DNA of 64,000 nucleotides, taken from positions 2,240,001 through 2,304,000 of the forward strand of contig OY760505.1 in NCBI GenBank assembly GCA_963663545.1, in the 5' to 3' direction. The notes under the pieces are model-generated. The model was not told where the DNA came from, did not search any database, and was given only the letters and a program-made list of their open reading frames with translations. Shown in pieces: positions 30,374 to 40,410 of the stretch. Every line of letters begins with the position of its first letter. Within the stretch, counting starts at the first letter, position 1. A program made the position numbers and the translations under genes. This DNA is from Candidatus Delongbacteria bacterium. GTDB lineage: Bacteria > CAIWAD01.

Positions 30374-31546
30374 ATGAGAAAAAGCCTGTTTCTGGCGCTA
30401 CCCTTTCTGTTGGCCGCATGTGCCGACAACACGGTGGCACCGGGGAGCGTGACTCCCGCTATTGATGGTATTGATTGCACACAGAGCTTCATCGACACCT
30501 GGCCCGAACCCTACGAACTGCGACTGCATGCGCAACTGCCCGATCCCGCAGAACAGGAGTATTCGGCCAGCGTTTTGGTGACACACGTTGATGTTGGTGA
30601 TACGCTGGAATGGACTCTGCTGGACGATGGCGACCTGCTCAGCCTAGGTGAGGGCGTCGATGGTCAGCTGTCTCACAGTGGCGACAATATTCCCGGCGAC
30701 GGCATCTTCACGGCTCTCATCGACCCGGCATTCAGCGAACTCTATGGTGAGTTCACGCTGCTGTTTCGGCTTTCGGGTGATGATGTGCTGTTGGCTTCGC
30801 AGACGCTCGCTGTATCACGCAACAGCAACACGCCGCCATCGATTGACGAGGTGTTGGTGGATTCTGCTTTGGCCAGTGGTGATACATTGGAAGTCAGTGC
30901 CACCATCTCTGATGAAGACGGTCAGGATGACATCGTCGCTGTGTCATTGCTGAATATGCAAACCAGCGTCAGTTGGGAGCTTCTGGCTGATGACAGTCAG
31001 TTCGTCGGCTATGTGGGGCCGGAAATTGCCGCTGGTTGCCAGGGTGTGACACAGTTCCGGTTGGAGGCCTTGGATCACAGCCAAGGTAGCGCCGTGTGGG
31101 ACTTGAACATCGAGTTGGAGAATACGCCGCCTTCGTTGTCAGAAGCCGATTTGGAACTCTACGTCTGGGGTGGAAACAGTAGCTGGGAGCTGTTTGCCGA
31201 TTCCAGTGTGGATACGATGAGGATCGAGATTCCATCCGCAGGCGATATCTTCGTGTTCCAGTTCCGCATGCCAGTGGCTGACGCACAGACGCTGCTGGAT
31301 ATTGAGTTGGCCCAGGTTCTATTCCGTGGCTTGGGAAACGGTACCGCGACGCCGATTCCCGGAAGTTATGAAGGTGATACATATGCCAGTGAGGGCGTGT
31401 ATGAGCTGGGCTTTTCAATTGAAGGCCGCGATCCGGGCAATCCCTTCAACAACATGAGCTACGAGTTGACCTTCAGCGCCACGGATCGTGTGGGCGGCGA
31501 GGCGCAGAGCTTCACGCGCATCATACAACTGTACTTCCCGGAGTAA
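30374..31546 (+). CDS. Lipoprotein with acidic Ig-like (choice-of-anchor X-like) modules
   Basis: Lipobox LAAC; LLDDG...GDNIPGDGIFT. Confidence 0.65.
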   Translation: MRKSLFLALPFLLAACADNTVAPGSVTPAIDGIDCTQSFIDTWPEPYELRLHAQLPDPAEQEYSASVLVTHVDVGDTLEWTLLDDGDLLSLGEGVDGQLSHSGDNIPGDGIFTALIDPAFSELYGEFTLLFRLSGDDVLLASQTLAVSRNSNTPPSIDEVLVDSALASGDTLEVSATISDEDGQDDIVAVSLLNMQTSVSWELLADDSQFVGYVGPEIAAGCQGVTQFRLEALDHSQGSAVWDLNIELENTPPSLSEADLELYVWGGNSSWELFADSSVDTMRIEIPSAGDIFVFQFRMPVADAQTLLDIELAQVLFRGLGNGTATPIPGSYEGDTYASEGVYELGFSIEGRDPGNPFNNMSYELTFSATDRVGGEAQSFTRIIQLYFPE

Positions 31547-33141
31547 TGCGAATGAAGAAGACCAATCTGCTGCTCCTTACCTGCCTGCTGCCAGTATTTG
31601 CCAGCGCAGTAGTGGAGCGTGATACACGGGCCGGTTGCCTGCTGCCTGGCGGATACAACCCTGTGTCTACGTCAGAATCAGAAAGTCCTTACGATGGCAT
31701 GCTGAGCAACAGCGTGACACAGTTTGTCCCCGTCATCGATGGTGATACATTGGTGTTTGTCTCAAACGGATATGGCGTGTTACGATCCGACGATCTTGGG
31801 CGCAGCTTTGTTACCTACACGGATAGCTGTGGCATTCCTCGTGGTGGTGTTAGCGCGCTGGCGGCTAATGCTAGTCTGCTGGTCTGTGCCACTATCATCG
31901 ATACATCCATAGCCGATGTGCAGGGTGCCGGGGGTGGTATTGCCTACAGTCTGGATCACGGTGACAGCTGGACGCTGCTCGATCAACCCCTGGATTGCTT
32001 CGTCGAGGCTGCCAGCGGTAGTCCTGTCGATCGCATCGCAGTGGATTGTGTCACGGGTGATACGCTGTATTACATGGATACGCCTGTAACGACCACGATC
32101 CAGAACATCACCTGGAGCCTGGCGTGCGAGGGCGATAGCGCTTTCTGGGCAGCCTCTTTTGCGGGTGGCTTTCGGCGCTATTCGCTGGCCACAGGACAAT
32201 GGCACACGCACGTCGTGGATCACAACCGCTTTCAACCTGTGGACAACTTGAATCATCGCGCATTCAGTGTGCTGACAACAACCGACGGTATTTGGGCCGG
32301 TTCGGCAGGTGGTGTCAATTACATCACCTGGGAGGATTTCTTTACGCCTGGCCGTGAGGAGCCCGGCGATGGCTGGCGTCATTTCGAATACCAGGAGCCG
32401 CAGCTGAACGGAGTCCCCACCGTTACCGGCAACTGGGTGGTGACCATGGATCTGCAGATTCGCAGCGATGGTAGCGAGGTCGTCTGGGTCGCTGGCTGGC
32501 GTACCTACGCGGACATTCATGACTACATGGGGTTGACCTGGACCGAGGACGGCGGGCAAACTTGGCATGAAGTCGAAGACATGCGCGAGGTCAAGATCTG
32601 GGATCTGGCTTTCAACGGTGACAACATCTGGGTTGCCGCTGAGGACGGGCTTTACAAGAGCAACCGCGACGGCGAGGATGGCAGCTGGGACTTGTATGGT
32701 CCGATTCGTGATACAATCACCGGACGCGAGATGATCTATGAGGAAGCCTACGCTGTCGAGTATATCGCCGGAAAGCTGTTAGTGGGCGGATCGCGCGGTG
32801 TCTTTGTGAGCGAGGATAACGGCGCAAGCTGGCATTCCACAAACCACGAGCCGCAGCAGCTCTTGTTTGCGCCCAATCCATTCTCACCGGAGGCCTTCGG
32901 CAAGGGCTATATCGCCATGAGCCCTGCGCAGGACGAGCGCGTCACTATTCGCATCTACGATTTCGCCATGGAACAAGTTGCTGTAATCGCCAATGGCCGC
33001 GAAATCCCCGGTGGTCTTACGACGGAGATCTACTGGGACGGCAGCAACCAGCAAGGCGACCGGGTTGCCAACGGCGTCTACTTCTATCACGTGGAATCCC
33101 CGAGTGCTTCAACTTGGGGCAAAATCATGGTCATTCGATAA
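31546..33141 (+). CDS. Secreted Asp-box/beta-propeller protein with a FlgD/T9SS-like C-terminal domain
   Basis: SxDxGxxW repeats; APNPFSP..IRIYD..WDGSN..GDRVANGVYFY. Confidence 0.8.
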   Translation: MRMKKTNLLLLTCLLPVFASAVVERDTRAGCLLPGGYNPVSTSESESPYDGMLSNSVTQFVPVIDGDTLVFVSNGYGVLRSDDLGRSFVTYTDSCGIPRGGVSALAANASLLVCATIIDTSIADVQGAGGGIAYSLDHGDSWTLLDQPLDCFVEAASGSPVDRIAVDCVTGDTLYYMDTPVTTTIQNITWSLACEGDSAFWAASFAGGFRRYSLATGQWHTHVVDHNRFQPVDNLNHRAFSVLTTTDGIWAGSAGGVNYITWEDFFTPGREEPGDGWRHFEYQEPQLNGVPTVTGNWVVTMDLQIRSDGSEVVWVAGWRTYADIHDYMGLTWTEDGGQTWHEVEDMREVKIWDLAFNGDNIWVAAEDGLYKSNRDGEDGSWDLYGPIRDTITGREMIYEEAYAVEYIAGKLLVGGSRGVFVSEDNGASWHSTNHEPQQLLFAPNPFSPEAFGKGYIAMSPAQDERVTIRIYDFAMEQVAVIANGREIPGGLTTEIYWDGSNQQGDRVANGVYFYHVESPSASTWGKIMVIR

Positions 33142-33152
33142 TGGGGGGCGCA

Positions 33153-34121
33153 ATGGTTAACAGACTATGCCTGACAGCGGTGGCCCTCACATTGGTTGCA
33201 ACGGGCACACTGGTTGCCGATGAGAACTCAAATGGTGGAACGGCAGGCGCAATGCGGCGCATGGGATACAGCGCCCGTGAGCTGGGTATGGGGATGTGCG
33301 CCGTGGCCATGCCTATGGGCGCCGAGAGCAAGCAGTACAATCCCGCACTGATGGCCTGGACCGAAGACATTCAGGTTGGCCTGGATTACTTCAAGCTCAG
33401 CCTGGATCGCAGTATGATGGGAGTGCATGCGGTTATACCCATGAAGCCAGCGGGTGCACTCGGTGCAAGTTGGACACGTGCGGGAGTGGATGAGATTCCC
33501 GAAGTAACGTCCTGGGGCGAGCCGACAGGACGCAACATGTCCTACAGCGAGCACTTGTTTTCTTTTGGTGCGGCCCTTCACCCTGCGCGTCCGGTGGCCT
33601 TTGGTGTTACCGTGAACATTGGTACGGCGACCTTTGCCGATTTGGGAGAGGGTGACCTTGCCGAGACCGCCACGGGTCTGGACGCTGGGATCAGCATTCA
33701 TCCTCGCCGCAATCTGTGGCTGGGAGTTGCCCTGCGCAATGTCGGTTCGTATTACGAGTGGGATAGCAGCAGCATCTGGGATACCGATGGTGAGACACAG
33801 GTTAAAAACAGCCTGCCGACAACTTTTGCTGCGGGATTTGGCGTTAGCCTCTTCGACGAAAGCCTGAACCTTCTGGCCGATTACGAAGCCACCAACGAAG
33901 ACGCCTGGGACATCCGGCTGGGTGGTGAGTATATCCTGCACGATCTTGGGGGACGCGGCGAGGCCGCTTTCCGCGCGGGTTACAACGACGGGAGTATCAC
34001 GGCCGGAGCCGGATTCGTTTGGCCTCTCGAGAAAATTGGTCTAGGTCTAGACTATGCCGTGGTCTTCCACGAAAATGATCCGGAAGAGATTCATGTACTG
34101 TCCTGGTCGTTCCGTTTCTAG
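33153..34121 (+). CDS. PorV/PorQ-like outer-membrane beta-barrel
   Basis: G.SARELGMG...YNPA N-terminus; amphipathic strands; terminal Phe. Confidence 0.7.
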   Translation: MVNRLCLTAVALTLVATGTLVADENSNGGTAGAMRRMGYSARELGMGMCAVAMPMGAESKQYNPALMAWTEDIQVGLDYFKLSLDRSMMGVHAVIPMKPAGALGASWTRAGVDEIPEVTSWGEPTGRNMSYSEHLFSFGAALHPARPVAFGVTVNIGTATFADLGEGDLAETATGLDAGISIHPRRNLWLGVALRNVGSYYEWDSSSIWDTDGETQVKNSLPTTFAAGFGVSLFDESLNLLADYEATNEDAWDIRLGGEYILHDLGGRGEAAFRAGYNDGSITAGAGFVWPLEKIGLGLDYAVVFHENDPEEIHVLSWSFRF

Positions 34122-34131
34122 GAGAATTGCG

Positions 34132-35025
34132 ATGCGAAGTCTGATTGTCTGTCTGCTCCTTGCCGCGAATGCCTACGCGGTCGATCATGGCCTTGCGTTT
34201 CTGACGATTTCCTGTGATGCCAATTCCGGTGCGCTTGGCGAGACTGGGGTCTCTGTGTATCACAATACTCTTTCCAGTCTGCAGAATCCTGCCCTGATGC
34301 CGGAGCATTGGCAGCCGACGGTATCTGTGACACACAATGACTGGATCTATGATGCGAATGTGCAAACGCTGGCTGCAGGGGTTCCCCTCGGTCCGGTTTG
34401 GTTGAGCGCAGATCTGCGGCGTCATGCTGTCGAGGATATCGAGTTGCAGACCAGTCCCGATGAGGATCCTGAAGGCACTTACGATGCTGACGATGTGGCG
34501 GGTGGCCTAAGTATAGCTGTTCCGCTTCCACAGGGCTTCGGCGCAGGTGCCTCCGTGAGACGTGTACACGAGAAAATCCTGAGCGAGGATACGCGTGGCT
34601 GGGCTTTTGACGCTGGCGTTCACTGGCAAGGGCCGAAGGAATGGTCGCGTCCGCTGCAAGCCGGAGTTGTAGTACAGCACCTGGGCAATATGTCTGAATT
34701 GGATCAGGAGGCGCCTGAGTTGCCACGAACGATTCAGGGCGGTGTTACCATGAGCCGTATTCTGCCTGTATCACAATGGCAGAGTGCGCTCAGTGTCGAG
34801 TATCGCAGCGTGCGCGACAACGATGCGAATGTCCTCGTGGGTGTCGCTGTATCACCGATCTCTGCGCTGCAATTGCGTGCTGGCTATATGACGGGCTACG
34901 ACGACCGCGCGCTGACCTTGGGATTCGGCCTTGTCTGGCGTGGTTTGACTCTGGACTACGGGTATCTTCCCATGGATTCCGAATTGGGCGATACACACAA
35001 GTTCACTTTTTCCTTTGCGCTCTAA
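34132..35025 (+). CDS. PorV/PorQ-like outer-membrane beta-barrel (second copy)
   Basis: FLTI..A...ALGE...NPA; LRAGY..LTLGFG..LDYGY...LGDTHKFTF. Confidence 0.75.
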   Translation: MRSLIVCLLLAANAYAVDHGLAFLTISCDANSGALGETGVSVYHNTLSSLQNPALMPEHWQPTVSVTHNDWIYDANVQTLAAGVPLGPVWLSADLRRHAVEDIELQTSPDEDPEGTYDADDVAGGLSIAVPLPQGFGAGASVRRVHEKILSEDTRGWAFDAGVHWQGPKEWSRPLQAGVVVQHLGNMSELDQEAPELPRTIQGGVTMSRILPVSQWQSALSVEYRSVRDNDANVLVGVAVSPISALQLRAGYMTGYDDRALTLGFGLVWRGLTLDYGYLPMDSELGDTHKFTFSFAL

Positions 35026-35120
35026 TCGGCAGATTGGCCTTCGAACCGGTGCTCCTGCAAGACACCGGTTTTGTGTCTTTCGAGAAGCTTCAAGTGGATC
35101 AAAAGAGGATCAGTACAGAA

Positions 35121-36239
35121 ATGGCGAAATACCGCATTGCCTGGCTGCCCGGAGATGGTGTGGGCAACGACGTGATGGATGCGACCCGACCCGTGCTGGA
35201 CAAGCTTGGCTTTGACGCCGAGTACATTCACGGAGACATCGGTTGGGAGTTCTGGTGCAAAGAGGGAAATCCTCTGCCAGATCGTACGCTGGAGGTCCTG
35301 CGTAACACGGACGCCTGCCTGTTTGGCGCCATCACCAGCAAGCCTCGTGACGAAGCAGCAGAGGAGCTGATTCCCGAGCTGAAGGGCAAGGGCCTGACCT
35401 ATTTCAGCCCCATCGTCCGCCTGCGTCAGGAGTTCAACCTGCACTCCAATGTGCGCCCCTGCAAGGCCTATCCCGGCAATCCGCTGAATTACAAGGATGA
35501 CGTGGATCTGGTGATCTTCCGCGAGAACACCGAGGGTATGTACGGCGGTATCGAGTTCCACCCGCTGCCGCAGGAAGTCTACGACGCCCTGTGCCTGAAC
35601 CCCAAGATGAAGAAGTTCTCCAAGTTCGACCTGGCCGATATCGCCTTGTCCACGCGCATTATGACCCGCCAGGGTTGCAGCCGCATTGTGCGCAACGCTT
35701 TCGAGTATGCGCGCAAGCACGGTCGCAAGAGCGTGACCATTGTCGAGAAGCCCAATGTGCTGCGTGAGACCGGTGGATTGATGGTGCGTGAGGCTCGCAA
35801 GGTCGCGCAGGAGTATCCCGAAATTCCGCTGTACGAAACCAACATCGACGCCCAGTGCATGTGGCTGTTGAAGAACCCGAACGACTACGATGTGCTCGTT
35901 GCCGAGAACATGTTTGGTGACATCATCAGCGACCTGAGTGCGCAGCTGGTGGGCGGTCTTGGCTTTGCCAGCAGCGGCAACATCGGCGACAACTACGCCG
36001 TGTTCGAGCCGACTCACGGCAGCGCGCCGAAGTATCACGGCAAGAACAAGGTCAATCCCATTGCCATGCTGCTCACCGCCAAAATGATGATCGAATGGTT
36101 GGGTGAGATCAAGATGGCCGAGCGTCTGGAGCGTGCTATCGCTGCAGTTTTGGCCGATGGTGTCCACCGCACCTACGATATGGGCGGCAGCACCGGCACA
36201 AAGGAGATGGCGCAGGCCGTCATCGACAAGCTGGACTGA
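35121..36239 (+). CDS. Isocitrate/isopropylmalate (beta-decarboxylating) dehydrogenase family
   Basis: PGDGVG, RENTEG, NMFGDIISD, FEPTHGSAP, TYDMGG. Confidence 0.9.
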   Translation: MAKYRIAWLPGDGVGNDVMDATRPVLDKLGFDAEYIHGDIGWEFWCKEGNPLPDRTLEVLRNTDACLFGAITSKPRDEAAEELIPELKGKGLTYFSPIVRLRQEFNLHSNVRPCKAYPGNPLNYKDDVDLVIFRENTEGMYGGIEFHPLPQEVYDALCLNPKMKKFSKFDLADIALSTRIMTRQGCSRIVRNAFEYARKHGRKSVTIVEKPNVLRETGGLMVREARKVAQEYPEIPLYETNIDAQCMWLLKNPNDYDVLVAENMFGDIISDLSAQLVGGLGFASSGNIGDNYAVFEPTHGSAPKYHGKNKVNPIAMLLTAKMMIEWLGEIKMAERLERAIAAVLADGVHRTYDMGGSTGTKEMAQAVIDKLD

Positions 36240-36241
36240 TC

Positions 36242-36865
36242 GTGCTGATTCCCATTGGAAATCAAGAGGGTCGCGGTGGACTGCCGCGACTCTCTCTTTT
36301 TCTGCCTGCACTACTGCTGCTGGGCTGCGGTCTGTTTGAGAGCCGTGATGCTGAAGAGCCCAGCGGTGATACCTCCGCCGAATGGCTTCCCCCCATTTCC
36401 CCCAGTGCCGTGATACACAACATCCAGGAGGCGGTGCGCGTACTGGACCGCACGAACTATCTGGGCGCTCTGGCACAGGAGGACTGGGAGCATCCCTTTC
36501 TGTTTGTCGCAGATCCGCAATTGGTAGATCGCACTCTGCTCGAGGGTTGGGGAATTGCCGAAGAAACAGGTTACTGGTACAACCTGGTCGAACAGTTTGA
36601 GACCGCAGAAAGTGGCGCAGCGCACGAGTTGCTTCTGGCCGCAGTTGATAGCACGTATTACGGCGACAGTGCAGCGTTTCATGCCGACTACCTTCTGCTG
36701 ATGGATCACCAGCGCGATGGCTTGCCTACTCAGTTTGAGGGCAGTATTCGCCTCTTGCTGACGCGTAATGGCGAGCTGGGAGACTGGGCTGTATCACGCT
36801 GGGAGGATTTTGCTGCGGATTCTACCGGAGGATGGTCGCGGTTGCGAGTGGAGTTTGCCTGGTGA
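36242..36865 (+). CDS. Hypothetical lipoprotein
   Basis: Lipobox LLGC; part of the operon. Confidence 0.65.
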   Translation: MLIPIGNQEGRGGLPRLSLFLPALLLLGCGLFESRDAEEPSGDTSAEWLPPISPSAVIHNIQEAVRVLDRTNYLGALAQEDWEHPFLFVADPQLVDRTLLEGWGIAEETGYWYNLVEQFETAESGAAHELLLAAVDSTYYGDSAAFHADYLLLMDHQRDGLPTQFEGSIRLLLTRNGELGDWAVSRWEDFAADSTGGWSRLRVEFAW

Positions 36866-37389
36866 TACGGCGGCTGACTGGTATCGCTGCGGGCGCGCTG
36901 CTGCTGTCCGCGTGTCGCAACCCCTTTGCGCCTCCCCTGGGTGATCCTGTTTCGGTCTGGACAGACCAGGAAACCGTCGGCGGTCTGCTGGACAACTTCC
37001 GCCAGAGCTACACGCGCCGCGACAGCCTGCGCTACGCCGAATGCCTTGCTTGCCCCGACTTCCGCTTCAATTATTTCGATGCCGACCTCGGCGACTACAC
37101 CTGGATGCCGCGCGAATTGGACCTGACCACGACAGCGCGCCTCTTCGACCACTACCAGACCGTGGACCTGCGCTGGGTGGGGATCTCCGATCAGTTGGCG
37201 GCGCTTTCCACTCTCGACTCGCTGATCAGTTTTACCGTCTTCTTCGAACTCAGCCTGGACGCCGAGATCATCACCGGTCACGCCCGATTTCATGTGATTC
37301 GCAGCATGCCTGAAAGCGACGCCTGCCGCAGCGCCTTTTACGACGACGCTCCTGTCTTTCGCATCCTTCAGTGGGACGACGACTTGTAG
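36862..37389 (+). CDS. Hypothetical lipoprotein
   Basis: Lipobox LSAC-RNPF; start overlaps the upstream stop. Confidence 0.65.
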   Translation: MIRRLTGIAAGALLLSACRNPFAPPLGDPVSVWTDQETVGGLLDNFRQSYTRRDSLRYAECLACPDFRFNYFDADLGDYTWMPRELDLTTTARLFDHYQTVDLRWVGISDQLAALSTLDSLISFTVFFELSLDAEIITGHARFHVIRSMPESDACRSAFYDDAPVFRILQWDDDL

Positions 37390-37417
37390 CCCTCCATTGC
37401 ATCTCCGATCTTGAGGC

Positions 37418-38179
37418 ATGCCCGGATTGCTGCATCTGCTGAGTCTACTTTTCTTCACTACCCTGGCTTTGACCGAGGGCTTTTCGGCTACACACAATCT
37501 GTGCATCATTGTTGATGACTTGGGCCATCGTCTTCCGGTGGCCTTGGATCAGCAATTGCAGGATCTACCCCGCGAAGTCAGTTTTTCCATTCTACCCGAC
37601 CTGGCATGTTCGAGTGATGTTGCCGCACGTTGCCGTCGCAGGCAGCGCGAGTTTCTACTACACATTCCCTGGGCGCCTGTGCCGCCTTGTTCCTGCACCA
37701 GCCCGCAGGTGCTGCCTGTACACTCAACGCCCGCTTTGCTACATAGTGAGCTCAAACGTTGGAGCCTTGATCTGGCGGGGTATACGGCCGCCAATAATCA
37801 TCAAGGCTCGCTTGCTTCCTGTGATACATGCTTTCTGCATTCCTTCGCAGAAGCATGGCGACCATTCGACAGATTGTTCATCGATAGCCGCACGTCCAGC
37901 AACTCTCGCGTGAGTCGTGTGTTACGCGACGCGGGCTGCTCTGTTGCCGAAAACAGCCTCTTTCTGGATCACGAGGACGAGGATTCTGTGATACAAGAGC
38001 GACTGCGGGATCTGGAACGTTTGCTTGTGTCACGCAAACAAGTGATCGCCATCTGTCATCCTCGCGAGCGAACGCTGCGACTGCTTGGCGAGTGGCTGCG
38101 GGAGTTACCCGCAGGAGTCGTGTTGATTCCTGTAAGTGCCTTGAGTGAGAACTCGGGGAAATCCCGGACAGGAGATTGA
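37418..38179 (+). CDS. Divergent polysaccharide deacetylase (YibQ-like)
   Basis: IIVDDLG, LLHIP, NNHQGS, FIDSRT, FLD, AICHP. Confidence 0.85.
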   Translation: MPGLLHLLSLLFFTTLALTEGFSATHNLCIIVDDLGHRLPVALDQQLQDLPREVSFSILPDLACSSDVAARCRRRQREFLLHIPWAPVPPCSCTSPQVLPVHSTPALLHSELKRWSLDLAGYTAANNHQGSLASCDTCFLHSFAEAWRPFDRLFIDSRTSSNSRVSRVLRDAGCSVAENSLFLDHEDEDSVIQERLRDLERLLVSRKQVIAICHPRERTLRLLGEWLRELPAGVVLIPVSALSENSGKSRTGD

Positions 38180-38180
38180 G

Positions 38181-38882
38181 ATGCGTCTGGCAACCAGACT
38201 TGATTCACTGATCGCATTGCGCTCGATGCGCGCCGACCGGCAGCCGGATCTCTTTGGCGCTCTTAGTGTTCTGGAGCGAGCTGGCGCCGACGGCGTGGTC
38301 TGTCGGTTGGATGGATCTGGTGCGCCGGGCGACAAGGAGTTGGCCTTGCTGCGCAAGCAATCGCCTCTGCACTTCTGTCTTGCTGTCTCACCTGTAGCCG
38401 CCGATGTCCAGCGCGCCATCGACCTGCGTCCCGATATGGTGCTCTTCCAGACCGCAAGTGCGAGCGGTGGCCGCATGGATCTGGCGTCCGCTGGTGAAGC
38501 GCTGCGCGAGCTTGTGATACAACTTCACGCCCACGGCATTGTTGTGCAAATGGAAGTGGACCCCGAGCTGCAGCAGATCCGCGAGTGCAAGCGACTTGAG
38601 GCGGACTTCCTGCTGTTGGATACCACGCGCTTTGCTGAGCAGTCCGATGAGCGGGAGTCGCTGGCAGAAGAGGGCCGTTTGCTAGAGGCAACCATGGCCG
38701 CGCGCAAGTTCGGACTGCGGGTCGCCATGGGTGGCGGCATCAGTTACCAGACTGTATCACGGCTGGCCGCCATACAAGGCGCCGAGGAGCTGGTGGTTGG
38801 TCATGCGCTCTTTGCCCGAGCCATGCTGGATGGCCTGGATCGCGCAGTTCGCGATTTGCGCGAGCGCATCCATTTTCGTTGA
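38181..38882 (+). CDS. PdxJ (pyridoxine 5'-phosphate synthase)-like protein with a divergent active site
   Basis: PD...AGADG, DPELQQI, GLRV..G.GISY, EELVVGHALFARA..GL..AV; catalytic motifs altered. Confidence 0.7.
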   Translation: MRLATRLDSLIALRSMRADRQPDLFGALSVLERAGADGVVCRLDGSGAPGDKELALLRKQSPLHFCLAVSPVAADVQRAIDLRPDMVLFQTASASGGRMDLASAGEALRELVIQLHAHGIVVQMEVDPELQQIRECKRLEADFLLLDTTRFAEQSDERESLAEEGRLLEATMAARKFGLRVAMGGGISYQTVSRLAAIQGAEELVVGHALFARAMLDGLDRAVRDLRERIHFR

Positions 38883-38931
38883 GGACAGACCCCGCCCGAT
38901 TTCTGGCGCGGAGTGAAATACACAAGAAGCA

Positions 38932-40320
38932 ATGGTGAGCGATATGCCTTTTCCAGCCGAGCCCTTCCGCATCAAGGTTGTTGAGCCGGTCAAGCTGATT
39001 TCCCGCGAAGAGCGGGAGCAGGTTCTGCGTGACGCGGGTTACAACCTCTTTTCCGTGCCTGCCGAGAAGATTTACATCGACCTGCTGACCGATTCGGGCA
39101 CCAGTGCCATGTCGGATTATCAGTGGGCGGGCATGATGATGGGCGACGAATCCTACGCCCAGTGCCGTAACTTCTTTCATTTCGAACAGCGTGTGCAGGA
39201 GATCACGGGCTACAAGCACGTGATACCGACGCACCAAGGTCGTGTCGCCGAGAACCTGCTGTTTTCAACGGTGGTCAGGGCCGGTAAAACGGTAATCAAC
39301 AACACGCACTTCGATACCACGCGTGCCAACGTGCAGGCCAACGGCGGTCAGGCGTTGGATCTTGTGCAGGAGAAGGGCAAGGATCCTTCCATCGTCGAAC
39401 CCTTCAAGGGTGACATGGATGTGGAGATGCTCGAAGCCGAAATCAAGCGCATTGGCGTGGAGAACATTCCGCTGGTAATGCTCACGGTGACCAACAACTC
39501 CGGCGGCGGTCAGCCCGTGTCCATGCAGAACGTGCGCGCGGTCAGCGAAGTCTGCAAGCGCTACGGCCTGCCGCTCTTTTTTGACGCCTGCCGTTTTGCC
39601 GAGAACTGCTGGTTCATCAAGCAGCGCGATCCCGAGTTTGCCGATCGCAGTGTGCTGTCCATTGCCCAGGAGCTCTTCAGCTACGGCGACGGCTGCACCA
39701 TGAGCGCCAAAAAGGATGCCCTGGTCAACATGGGCGGCTTCCTGGCTCTTAACGACGAGTCGCTGGCGGACAAGCTGCGCGATCGTCTGATTCTGATCGA
39801 GGGCTTCCTGACCTACGGTGGTCTGGCAGGTCGCGACCTAGAGGCTGTAGCACGCGGACTGGAAGACGTGATGAACGAGGATTACCTCGCCTACCGCACC
39901 GGCCAGATAGCCGCCATCGGCGAGATGCTCGAGGCCAGCGGCATTCCCTTCGTCAAGCCCACAGGCGGTCACGCGCTGTTCCTGGATGCCAAGAGTTTCC
40001 TGCCGCACATCCCGCAGGAACAGTTCCCGGGCCAGAGCCTGAACTGCGAGCTCTATCGCGAAGTTGGCGTGCGCGCCGTGGAGATTGGTTCGCTCATGTT
40101 TGCCGAGCCACATCCCGATACAGGTGTGATCGTGACACCGCCGATGGAACTGGTGCGTCTGGCGATTCCGCGTCGCGTCTACACCGAGTCTCATCTGCGC
40201 TATGTGGTCGAAGGTATCACACGTATCTACGAGCGCCGTGATACACTCAAGGGAATGCGTATCACGTGGGCACCCAAGGCGCTGCGCCATTTTCGTGCCC
40301 ATTTGGAGTATGTGGACTAG
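38932..40320 (+). CDS. tnaA: Tryptophanase (beta-eliminating lyase)
   Basis: EPFRIKVVE, DLLTDSGT, THQGR, MSAKKD, RLAIPRRVY; C-terminal LRHF is Trpase-like rather than TPL LRFF. Confidence 0.85.
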   Translation: MVSDMPFPAEPFRIKVVEPVKLISREEREQVLRDAGYNLFSVPAEKIYIDLLTDSGTSAMSDYQWAGMMMGDESYAQCRNFFHFEQRVQEITGYKHVIPTHQGRVAENLLFSTVVRAGKTVINNTHFDTTRANVQANGGQALDLVQEKGKDPSIVEPFKGDMDVEMLEAEIKRIGVENIPLVMLTVTNNSGGGQPVSMQNVRAVSEVCKRYGLPLFFDACRFAENCWFIKQRDPEFADRSVLSIAQELFSYGDGCTMSAKKDALVNMGGFLALNDESLADKLRDRLILIEGFLTYGGLAGRDLEAVARGLEDVMNEDYLAYRTGQIAAIGEMLEASGIPFVKPTGGHALFLDAKSFLPHIPQEQFPGQSLNCELYREVGVRAVEIGSLMFAEPHPDTGVIVTPPMELVRLAIPRRVYTESHLRYVVEGITRIYERRDTLKGMRITWAPKALRHFRAHLEYVD

Positions 40321-40410
40321 AGGCCGCTGATTTTGTGTGACGAATCCACTTCGGCAAAGCGCCGTAGTATCGACATTGACTCTGAGTCCCGAACGGATTG
40401 GACGGGTCGC

